DNA from: Camelus dromedarius
Taxonomy: Eukaryota
NCBI RefSeq assembly: GCF_036321535.1
Contig: NC_087445.1
Coordinates: forward strand, 46,934,001-46,998,000
DNA: 64,000 nt
Direction of reading: 5' to 3'
A program made the position numbers and the translations under genes. Under the pieces are notes generated by a model that saw nothing but the letters and a program-made list of their open reading frames with translations, was not told where the DNA came from and did no database searches. Below are positions 50,267 to 60,968 of this stretch, piece after piece. Position 1 is the stretch's first letter. Every line of letters starts with the position of its first letter.

Positions 50267-52432
50267 CAGTGGAACTGGATGTCTAATACCTACCTGAGTG
50301 CTGGTTAAAAATACAAGTTGCTGGCATACAAGAGTAATATACAGGAATCTGTTGCATTTCTTTATACTAACAATGAAATATCAGAAAATGAAAGTAAAAA
50401 AAAACCCATTTAAAATTGCATCAAAAAATATGTAGGAATACACCTAACCAAGGAGGTGAAAGATATGTGAGAAGTATGAAACACCAATAAAGGAAATTGA
50501 AGATGATTCAAGGAAATAGATACCCCATGCTCTTGAATTGAAAAAATTAATATTCTTAAAGTGGCCATACTACTGAAGGCAATCTACAGATTCAGTGCAA
50601 TCCCTATCAAATTACCCGTGACATTTTTCACAGAACTAGAACAAATAATCCTAAAATTTATATGGAACCACAAAAGACCCAGAATTGACAAAGCAATCCT
50701 GAGGAAAAAGAACAAAGCTGGAGGTATAACCCTCCAAGACTTCAGACAATACTACAAAACTGCAGTAATCAAAGCAGCATAGTACTGGCACAAAAACAAA
50801 CATATAGAACAATGGAACAGAAAGAGAGCCCCGAAATAAACCCAAACATCTACAGTCAATTAATCTTAGACAAAGGAGGCAAGAGTATACAATGAAGAAA
50901 AGACAGTCTCGTTAGCAAGTGGTATTGGGAAAGCTGGTCAGCCACATGTAAATCCACAAAATTAGAACACTCTCTCACACCGTACACAGAAATAAACCTG
51001 AATGGATTAAAGGCTTAAATATGACATGACACCATAAAACTCCTAGAAGGGAACATAGGCAAAACATTCTTTGACATAAATTATAGCAATATTTTCTTAG
51101 ATCAGTCTCCCAAGGCAAAAGAAGTAAGAGCAAAGATAAACAAATGGGACCTAATCAACCTTATAAGCTTTTGCACAGCAAAGGAAATCATAAACAAAAC
51201 AAAAAGACAACCTATGTAATGGGAGAAAATATCTGCTAATGATGCAACTGATGAGGGCTTAATTTCCAAAATATACAAACAGCTTATACAACTCAGTATC
51301 AGAAAAACACACAACTCAATTTTAAAAAGGGCAGAAGACTTAAATAGACATTTCTCCAAAGAAGACATACAGATGGCCAACAGGCACATGAAAAAGATGC
51401 TGAACATTCTAATTGTTAGAGTAATACAAGTCAAAACTACAATGAAGTATCACATCACACTGGTCAGAATGACTGTCATCAAAAAATCTACAAATAACAA
51501 ATGCTGGAGATGGCGTGGAGAAAAGGGAGCCCCCCTACACTGATGGTGAGAATGCAAACTGCTGCAGCCACAATGGAAAACAGTATGGAGTTTCCTTAAA
51601 AAACTAAAAATAGAGTTATTGTATGATCCAGCAATCTCACTCCTGGACATATATCCAGAAAAGTTGAAAACTCTAATTGGAAAAGATACATGCACTCCAA
51701 TGTTCGTAGCAGCAATATTTACAATAGTCAAGACATGGAAGCAACATAAGTGTCCAGATGACTGGATAAAGAAGTGTGGTAGTATATACAGATACAATGG
51801 AATATTACTCAGCCATAAAAAAGAATGAAATAATGCCATTTGCAGCAACATGGATGGACCTAGAGATTATCATACTAAGTGAAGTAAGCCACAGAGAGAA
51901 AGACAAATACTGTATGTTATCACTTATATGTGGAATCTAAAAAAGAATACAAATGAACTTACAGAAACAGAGTCACAGACATAGAAAACAAACTTATGGT
52001 CACCAAAGGGGAAAGGGAGAGGTGGGGGATAAATTAGGAGTATGGGATTAACAGATACACACCACTATATATAAAATAGATAAACAACAAGGATCTACTG
52101 TATAGCACAGGGAACTATATTCAATATCTTGTAATAGCCTCTAATGGAAAAGAATTTGAAAAAGAATAGATATAGATATATAAAAAACTGAATCACTTCA
52201 CTGTACACCTGAAACTAACACAATATTGTAAATCAACTCTAGTTCAATAAAAAAAATGAAAGAAGAAATTGCAAACCAAAAAAATTGAAAATACAATGTA
52301 AGAAAGTGAAGGAAAAAAAAGTTTGCTGGGTCCTACCTTTGTAGTTGGTCTTAGAGATCAGTTTTTTGGTTTTCTGTTTTAAGTAAATGCTCCCCATGTA
52401 CTTCTGATGTACACCGGTGTTGGGAATCACTG
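50267..52432. mobile_element. MER5-type MITE split by an L1 (arms ~50267-50324 and ~52313-52432)
   Basis: Left arm CAGTGG...CTGGTTAAAAATAC. Right arm GCTGGGTCCTACC...GCTCCCCATG...TTGGGAATCACTG. Confidence 0.55.
50325..52312 (+). mobile_element. 5'-truncated L1 (~2 kb; ORF2 C-terminal part and 3'UTR)
   Basis: ORF 50561-50782 ([18 protein letters not shown]...[14 protein letters not shown]) is L1 ORF2. The 3'UTR matches 2465-2867 and is followed by an A-rich tail. Confidence 0.95.
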
Positions 52433-53577
52433 ACCTCTTGTAACGTGAGGAAACTGAGGTCAGGAGGGAGGTTGGTGAATTTCATGTGACTCTGAAGAAG
52501 GGTGCTTTTCTCTAACTGGTAGTGATACAGTCTCCGAAAGAGGTTATCTCAGGGTATCAGGAATTAAGGGATGCAGAATCATTTTTACAGAAAGGCTCCT
52601 TTAGTCTCAGGGAGTGCAGGATTTGAAGCTTGGGAGAATCTTCAGATATTAAATCAATCCAGTCCCCTCCTCTGACCCACCTGTTAACAGCTGTCCCGTC
52701 TTCAGGAAGTGATTTCTCGGGTTCTTCTTGAACATTTTGAACAATGGTGAGAGGGGGCTTACAGCCTCCAATGTTGTTGTCAGGAAGCCTGGGCTGTTAG
52801 ACTTCTCCACGGACCTGCTATGTGCCCTTTTCTAACTTCTCCCTTCCTCCACTGGTCCGAAGTCAGCCTCCTGGACTCATGCAAAACAGACCCACACCCT
52901 TGCCACAGCAGCAGCCTTTGGAGCTTTAGAAATAGTTGCCTTGTCCCCCAGCCCTGTCCTCCTCCCAGCCCCCAGTCTGCTCAGCCCTCTTTGCATTAGA
53001 CTGTTCTTTCCTCCCACTGGTGAAGAACCAGCCAGAGAGCTCATCCAGCACTTAGCCAGTATGGGGTCCCATCTAGGCTCAGTCTGTTGCTTGCGAGGAG
53101 GCAGGCCAGAAGTGGCTGTTTCTGGTGTCACCTGCCCATCTGGCTGCTACTGAGCCGTAACCAAGCAGGCTGGCCACACAGGCCATATCCCTCATAGCTG
53201 CTCTGGCAATGCCTAGGTGCACGCTCTTAACACAGCCACATGCCCTTCATCTGTTGTTTAACTTCCTGGTGTCTCTTAATGGCCCTGGGTGTAGAGGGCT
53301 CCCAGGTGCAGCCACACACAGCTTGCAGCTCACAGAAGCTACAGTTACCCACAGTGCCCTTGCCTGCCCCTGGGGCTCAGTGAGACAGGGAGAGGAAGGC
53401 TGACCCTTAAGGCTGAGGCTTAACCAGGTGCCCCAGGCAGGAGGAGGAGGCTGCACCACAGGGCAGACTGGAAAGCCGTGCCCAGCCCCTGGGCCCAGGA
53501 CCCTCTTCTCTGTGCTCCACCCTGCTCTCCAGGGGGTCCCACAATCAGTCTCTCAGGAATTTAGGGCTGGGTTGCTT

Positions 53578-53660
53578 TGGGACCAGGCCCTATTCCAGAA
53601 GCAATTTAAACTTCGGTGAGAGGCTCAGAATTTAAACTTCACCTCATAGACCCAATTAGG
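53578..53660 (-). promoter_or_regulatory. OR37 promoter module upstream of locus 5
   Basis: TGGGACCAGGCCCTATTCCAGAAGCAATTTAAACTTC...AATTTAAACTTC...CATAGACCCAATTAGG. Confidence 0.8.
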
Positions 53661-55199
53661 CATGTTGTGTTGTCTACCCAAAGTGCCCCTCTCACTACAG
53701 GAATATCTTAGCTTAGAACATTCTCTGGCCAAGTAATCAGAGTTCTCCTGGGCTTTAATTGCAACAGTTGGTCCAAGGTGGCTCTGTCATTGGCCCCCAA
53801 AGAGCCTAGAAAAGAGAAAGACTTGGGCCTCAGTGATTCAGATATTCCTGGGAACTTCGGACCAGATTCCTGGCCACCCAGGTATCTCCTCCCCTCCACT
53901 GGGTGACCCAGGATGCTGTCTGTCTCTCTTTCTCTCTCTCTCTCTGCCACCAGCCTGCCCTCCACTCTGAACAGTCTCCATGCTGCAAACATGTCATGTG
54001 TGTCAGACCTTGTGACCAGTACCAAAGAGTAGGGGTTGGAGGGGGGGCCATGATGACCAGAAATGGGTCTTGGTATTTGGAGAACGTCCAGCAGAGTGGG
54101 ACTCTCCGGAGACTAAGGCATAACTGAGTGTGTCACAGAGCTGTCTGGGGAGCTGGGCATAGGAGGAGCGTGCAGAACTAGCCCAGGATGAAAATAATGG
54201 AGATGAGGAGCAAGTGGCCCTGGGAGACATTAAGGAGGAAGAAATTATAGGATATGAGAGAGACCTGGGATGGGAGATGAAGGGGAGAGGAGAATTACCA
54301 ATGGCTGGAATCCCAGATCTTGAGACCTGGAAGAAAGACCTGGAGGAAGTGAGGAAGAGAACCTGTCTGGGCTGGTGTGGGGAGGGGGCTGCAAGGTCAT
54401 CTCTGACATTTCAGTGCATGGTTTCTGTACGTCTTCGTGCTCAGCTCCAGGCTGGTTACTGGAAATAAAGATAAGACTAAGAAATAGTTTCTGTGATTGA
54501 GGAGTTTATGGCCAGTTGAATTTGTTGTATTTGAGATAATGGTGAGATATTAATAGGAATCAGGGTTGCCCCTTATTTAGAACTGTTTTCTAAATCTTAT
54601 CCAGTGCTCCCCCCAGACCCCATGAGCTAGGTATGAGGGGTACTTGGATGTGAGCAGGTGGAGGGACCCTCCTTCGTTAAACTCTAGTGACTCATATTCG
54701 TGATACCTGGTATCTTTGACCTCTGTCCTCTAAGTGCCAGGACCTTCCCCTCCTTCACACTTGGATTTCCTCAGGAGTTAGGGAGTGTTGTGAGGTTCAC
54801 AGGGGACAGTGGCACCATCAGGCCTGACAGAATATCAGTGTTTTGAGCAGGAATCTGGTTGCTGACCTCATGAATTCTGAGAGGTATCGCGTGCACATTT
54901 GTCCTCAGAAAGCCACAATAAATAGATGCCTCCCCAGGAAATGCTGGGGTGGCTGGGGTGGCTGGGGTTCAGATTGTCCCTTTGGTCCATTTATCTTTGG
55001 CAAACTCATATTACACACATACACTCACATTTGCAGAAAGGAGATTTCTGTCACACAACGCTTCATCTTGGCCAATTAAAACCCAGTATCCCCTTGGCTA
55101 GTCTGTCCGAGGCTCCCCTAGACAATGAGGAGAAACTGTACCTCAAATCTTAATGCCCCGAGATGCCACACAGTGTTAGTAAGAAGTCTAGCCCTGTGC

Positions 55200-55415
55200 T
55201 CCTTAATGTGACCGACAGAGGGCAGTGTCACTATCGCCTGGGAGCCTGTTAATGATGCAGATTCCTAGGCCCCTCCCTGGACCTACTAAATCAGTCTCTG
55301 GGAGTGGGGTCCAGCAATCTGCCTGTGCACGCATGAGCGTGTGTGTGTGCTCATGTGTTTTAAAAAGTTCTGTAGATGTTTCTGATGCATGCTCATGTCT
55401 GAGAAGTACTGGTTT
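55200..55415. mobile_element. MER5A/B
   Basis: GCCTGGGAGCCTGTTAATGATGCAGATTCCTAGGCCCC...GACCTACTAAATCAG...TGAGAAGTACTG. Confidence 0.7.
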
Positions 55416-55879
55416 ATCTGGACTTTTCCGAGGATTAGGGTCCCACTTACTCCTTTTAAGGAATCTAAGAGGAGGGAGGGTGTTTTTATGAAGGATCAAG
55501 GCAGCCGCCTATAATTCCTCTGCTCTGGAGTCAACTGCTCTTTCAGTCCTTGCTTATCCCTAACTCTTGACCCTTGACCCTTGACTGTCCACACCTCTAG
55601 TGACCTCCTCTGGGTCATTGGTCTCTGGGGCCTTTCTCTCTCTTCTGCCTGCAGGGAATCTCTGTCCTGTCCTTAGAATCCACTTTCTCAGAGAGTTCTC
55701 ACAACAGAGCAGAGGGCCCTTAGTGGCCCAGAGGTCAAGGAAACCCTGTAGATATGAATTTGGATTTCAGGGAGCCTCCAACAGTGTACAGTGGTGGTAC
55801 AGTTAGAGTTGTACCTGCAGACAGCAGAGCAGTGCCTGCATCTCCAGGGTTCCAGCTACTCTTCCTAAGTGATGGATAA

Positions 55880-56580
55880 GTCAGTGAGTCCCCAGTTCAG
55901 ACATCTCCCCCATCTCCACCTGGATGTTCCTCAGACACCCTGTTCTCCAAAATGAATTCATCTTTTCTCCCCAAACCGGCAACTTGGTCAATATTCTCTA
56001 CCTTGGTGGTGTTGTCATCATCCCCCATAGCTGAGTTAGAAATATTGACTCTACACTCTTTCCTGCCTGCTGTATCCAACCAAACTCTAATATTGTATTT
56101 CATATCTACCAAACATTTCTTGAATCTCCCTATCTTCACCCTTCAATTACTTCCCAGTTAATATTCTTATCTTCATTTTCCTGAAGTGTCTCTCTGTCTC
56201 TTTAGAACTTGTCCTTCTGCTCCCAGTCTTCCTTCCACACTGTGCCCAGAAGAATCAATCTAAGATGCAAATTTAATCATGTCAGACCTTTACTTAAAAT
56301 CCCTAAGTGCCTCCTCATTGTCTATGGAAGAAAGTCCTAACTCCTCAGAATGCCCCAGAAGACCCACTAGGGTCCAGCCCTGCCTTCATCCCTGTCAGCA
56401 GCCCCTGTCTTTGTGCTCCAGCAACACTGCGCTGCTGGTCACTCCCCACTCCTAAGTCTCTTTCTCATTTCTATGCCTTGGTTTATGTAGCCCCTTCAGC
56501 CTGGGGTAATTCCCCACTCCACTTTGTCGGGGAAATCATCATTCCTCCATTCCAGTGATGTGCTAGTGAATGTTTCATGA
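55880..56580 (+). mobile_element. L2 fragment
   Basis: CTCCACCTGGATGTTCC...TGCAAATTTAATCATGTC...CTTAAAATCCCT...TTCAGCCTGG...AATGTTTCATG. Confidence 0.65.
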
Positions 56581-57242
56581 CCAGATCACCAGGTCAGAAA
56601 AAGCCCTGATCTGGAGCATTTGCTTATTTCTGTGGTGTAAACCCTCCCAGGATGGCCCATTTCAAGCTATCAGCGAAGTCACTGAATGGGAGTTGGGGGA
56701 TGTGCACATTGTCGAGCCAGCTCCAGCACGCAGGCACCTTCTGTCACCTTTTCCGGGAGGTCTGGCCCCTGCCTGCCTCTGAGCTGTCACAGCAGCGTGG
56801 GCATTCTCCCTGGCCTACATGTCTTTCCTTATTCTGTAATTTTCTTTTGCGTTCCTATTTCTTGCCATTGGACCGTGGTTCTCAGCACATTTCTGCCTTC
56901 TATGCAGTACACGCTCGGTAATTGTTTCCTGATAGAAGGAAGGTACCCATCCTCTGGACCCGTCCCTTTTGTGGGTCACATTCTGTCCATAATTCTAGAG
57001 GGAGAATATAAGTCTTTCACTTAGACCCCCAAAACTACTGCATAAGCACAGACTTGGGGTGATGGGGCTTGTCTGCAGCACAGGAAAAAAGACTTGGGGG
57101 TCTGAATGAGTCATGTAATCACTGACCAGCAGGCTGTTGGACTCTGCTAATGGAATTATGATGATCAGAGAGAAAGGAAGGAGGAGGGGTGTGAGGGAAG
57201 GAGAAAGGAAGCAGGCAGTAAACTTCCTCCAGTGCTTTTGAC

Positions 57243-57346
57243 ATAATTGGATCTTGGGGATGTTATCCCAGAAGGATACAAAATTTCTAAACTGAGTACA
57301 ACTCACTTTCCAAACTTTAAATGACTTCAGGGACTAAAATGGTCCC
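57243..57346 (+). promoter_or_regulatory. OR37 promoter module upstream of locus 6 (inverted with its gene)
   Basis: ATAATTGGATCTTGGGGA...CAAACTTTAAATGACTTCAGGGACTAAAATGGTCCC is the reverse complement of the 22398-22500 type. ~2.7 kb 5' of the ATG. Confidence 0.82.
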
Positions 57347-60009
57347 GAAGAACAAACTGGAATTTAAATTATCTTCTATGGGCAATGGACAGTCCTTCGG
57401 AGATTGTGCCCTGAGCACAGGGGACAGGTGGAGCACAGAGGACCAGCTGGACCCTTCACCTGTCACACATTCTGAACTCTCACCCTGACACTTCCCACCT
57501 GGTATCACTATTTCTGACCTGGTATCAACCCTTCTGAAGCTGATCCTTCTTGCTCACCATGCTTCTGATAAAGGTAAGCATAGGATGCAATCACACCAAA
57601 AGCTTCATTAGCTCAGCTGCGTTTCTGCCATCAGACTTGATTTTAATGGAATGGGGTTGAGAAGGGAGGTAGGAAGCCCTTTTGTTGATGTTATTCTTAC
57701 CGAGTCAAATAGACCCAGCAAACTGCAAGAGTCTCTGAGGTCATCTGGCCTCACTCCACTTCGTGCCGAGGGGAAAGGGCTTGCTCAGGTCCCCCCATCT
57801 GGCAGTCTTCTCACACAGTTGTTTCTTCTTTATTAAAACTGGGGGGCTCTTTCTTCTTTTGTAGTTAAGAATCCAAAGTCCAGCAATAGTAATGAGCCAC
57901 AATTCTGGATCTGGTAACAATGACACAGAGGGAATGGTTTCTTCACATGATCCAGGCTTTGGGGAGAGCCTGCAGGGCTGGCCATCACAAAGGGAAAACC
58001 TAGCCTGGGGTTGGTTTCCTGCCCCAGCACATCCACCTCAGGTACAGCGTGTCCTGGGCCCATGAGCCGTCCTGGAGCTGGGGGCTGTTCTCAGTTTTGA
58101 CCAGCCTTTGTAGTTAATTCCTGGATGGTTCATTTGCCCATGAGAGAAAACATCCATTTTAAAGCCCTAGGAGAAAAAGGGAGATGGACTCTTATTTATC
58201 TTCATGCTGAAGCCAAGCTATTTCGGGACATTTGGAGGGCTGTCTGTGGAAGAGGGATTAAGGTTGCAAAGGAACAGATTTCGGCTCAGTACCAAAGGGC
58301 ACTTATTTCAAAGTGAAATGAGCCTCGCCAGGAAGGACAGCGCCCCACATCATTCAGGGAACCAAACGCAGACCAGAGGACTGTGAGGAATGCAGCCAGG
58401 GACTTTCTAAATGGGAACGGGAGCAGATTGCAAAATAGATCCAAGGCCTGTTGTCAGTAGTGTAGAGCGATTGTTTGGTTGATGGTGATGAGGATGATGT
58501 AATTACTTGTTTGCATGACTATTGCCTCTGCTAGATTTTGAACTCTTTGAGGTTGTGGGCTGGGCCTCTCTTTGCTGTGATCTCATCACCTAGAATTAAG
58601 GCTGGCTTAGCACAGATGCTCAATAAATACGTCAACCTGAATTGAATTATTGTGGCACTGACTCGGTCACAGCTACAGTGCTGAGCACCACTGTCCCAGA
58701 GCTCCCAGGCAGGAAGTGCCCCCGCATGACTGAGGAAGGGGCTGGATGACTGAGAGCACTTGGAGAGATGGAGATCAGGAAGTTCATGACTATTTTAGAT
58801 ACAGAGCAAATAAAACCGAATGCTTAACACCCTCAGTGTTGCCTACGGTGTTTCACTGGTGCAGAGTAAATCCTAGTTTGAGGAACTCTTAGAAGTCTGA
58901 GGAGAGATTCAGGCTTCCCAGGAAGAAGGGCTGACAGAACAAGACTCAGGGAACAGTCTCAGGCAGAAGCCAGTGCCTCTGGTGAGGCTGATGGAGAATG
59001 AAGAAAAGAAGAGAGATTCAGTCAAACCCTCCTTCAACTTGGCCACAGCACACAAGAGCCCTGCTGTGCCCCAGATGTACAAAAGGACCAGCAGGAGGTT
59101 AAGTCCTTGGCAACATGTCTGAGCTAATTCCCTCAACAGGCGATACCAGAGCTGAGGAGCTGTTGGCTCCCACCTGCCCCTGGGAAAGGGAGGCTTGGTT
59201 TTCTGTCTTTTCCTATTGGTTTTCATTTATGTTGCCTTGTCTCCTGTGTCCTTTAGTCTTTTTCAGTGTGTGCCACACATTGTTTTTGCAGAACCATTTG
59301 TAGAAACGCTTTAGGGACAGGGGCGATGTTGCTTTCCTGCAAGGTAGATTTATGTTTGCTTCTGTTGAATGTTTAGGAGCACCAAAAATCTGGGACCACC
59401 CCAGTCCAACTTCAGGGCTTTGGAAGCTGAGCTACGGGACCTGTAGATGTGTGTTTCCTCCGATTCACTCTTATTCCTGTGGTGCTGCCCTTTGGGTTTC
59501 CCAGCAAAGGGAGGAAGTCTAGTCACAGGCCCTTCACAATAGGCCTTGCAATTCAAAACCTGTTCCCACCTCCAGGAGGCTGTGAGTAGTCCTTCTTGGC
59601 CTCCCAGTGACCACCTCCTGAGCTGCAGGTGCCCCAGCTGAAATAGCCTCAAATGCTTGACTTACTTCTCTGAATGCCTTTTTTACCCCCAGAATCATGA
59701 TTCCTTGTTTTACTTAACCTTGCCAGAGCTTTACACAGATGTTTTCTTTAGTTTGCCCAGTTTTTTAAATTTGTCATCTATCAATGAGTTAGTCCAAATC
59801 TACTCTTCATTCTTATTGGACACAGAGGTTAAATGCTGATCTCTACTGTATTTTTCCTAGAACCCCTTAGACATGACTGAATTGTCAGAGCTATTCTCCA
59901 GTTGCTCAGCAGTGGGGAGATTTTTGCCCTGCTGCCCGGGCACGTTTGGAGTCAGAGAGTGCTGAGATGGAGCTCAGAGAGTTCCTGCAGGTGACAGAGC
60001 AGAGGCACC

Positions 60010-60968
60010 ATGGACAAGTCTAATCAGACCTCCCCAATGGTGGGGTTCATTCTCCTGGGCCTCTCAGCCCACCCGAAGCTGGAGAAAACGTTCTTTGTGC
60101 TCATCCTGCTGATGTACCTGCTGATCCTGCTGGGAAACGGGGTCCTCGTCCTGGTGACCGTGTCTGACTCCTGCCTGCACATGCCCATATACTTCTTCCT
60201 GGGGAACCTCTCCTTCCTCGACATCTGCTACACAACCTCCTCTGTCCCCCTCATTCTTGACAGCTTCCTCACCCCCAGGAAGACCGTCTCCTTTCCGGGC
60301 TGTGCCGTGCAAATGTTCCTCTCCTTTGCCATGGGAGCCACAGAGTGTGTGCTTCTGGGCATGATGGCATTTGACCGCTACGTGGCCATCTGCAACCCCC
60401 TGAGGTACCCTATGGTCATGAGCAAGGCTGCCTACGTGCCCATGGCTGCTGGCTCCTGGGCAGCTGGTCTTGCCAACTCTGTAGTTCAGACATCCCAGGC
60501 CATGAGTCTGCCTTCTGTGGGGACAACATCATCAACCACTTCACCTGTGAGATCCTGGCTGTCCTGAAGTTGGCCTGTGCTGACATCTCCATCAATGTGA
60601 TCAGCATGGTTGTGGCCAATGTGATTTTCTTGGGGGTCCCAGTGCTGTTCATCTTTGTCTCCTATGTGTTCATCATTGCTACTATCCTGAGGATCCCCTC
60701 GGTTGAGGGGAGGAAAAAGGCCTTCTCCACCTGCTCTGCTCACCTCACAGTCGTGGTCATCTTCTACGGGACCATCCTCTTCATGTACGGGAAGCCCAAA
60801 TCCAAGGACCCCCTGGGGAGAGACAAACAGGACCTTGCAGACAAGCTCACCTCCCTCTTCTATGGGGTGGTGACCCCCATGCTCAACCCCATCATCTACA
60901 GCCTCAGGAACAAGGATGTGAAGACTGCTGTGAGGAACCTGGTATGTCAGAAACACCTAACTGAGTGA
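60010..60968 (+). pseudogene. Olfactory receptor locus 6, OR13C7-like; 1-bp frameshift at ~60511
   Basis: 959 nt versus 960 in paralogs. CTGCCTTCTGTGGGGAC replaces CTGCCCTTCTGTGGGGAC (LPFCGD). Split into ORFs 60010-60567 and 60570-60968. LHMPIY replaces LHTPMY. Confidence 0.82.

Noticed and set aside
59900-59955. Possible MER20 5' fragment just upstream of the locus 6 ATG
   Set aside because: Only ~35 nt of loose similarity (GGGGAGATTTTTGCCC...CACGTTTGG), too short to call.
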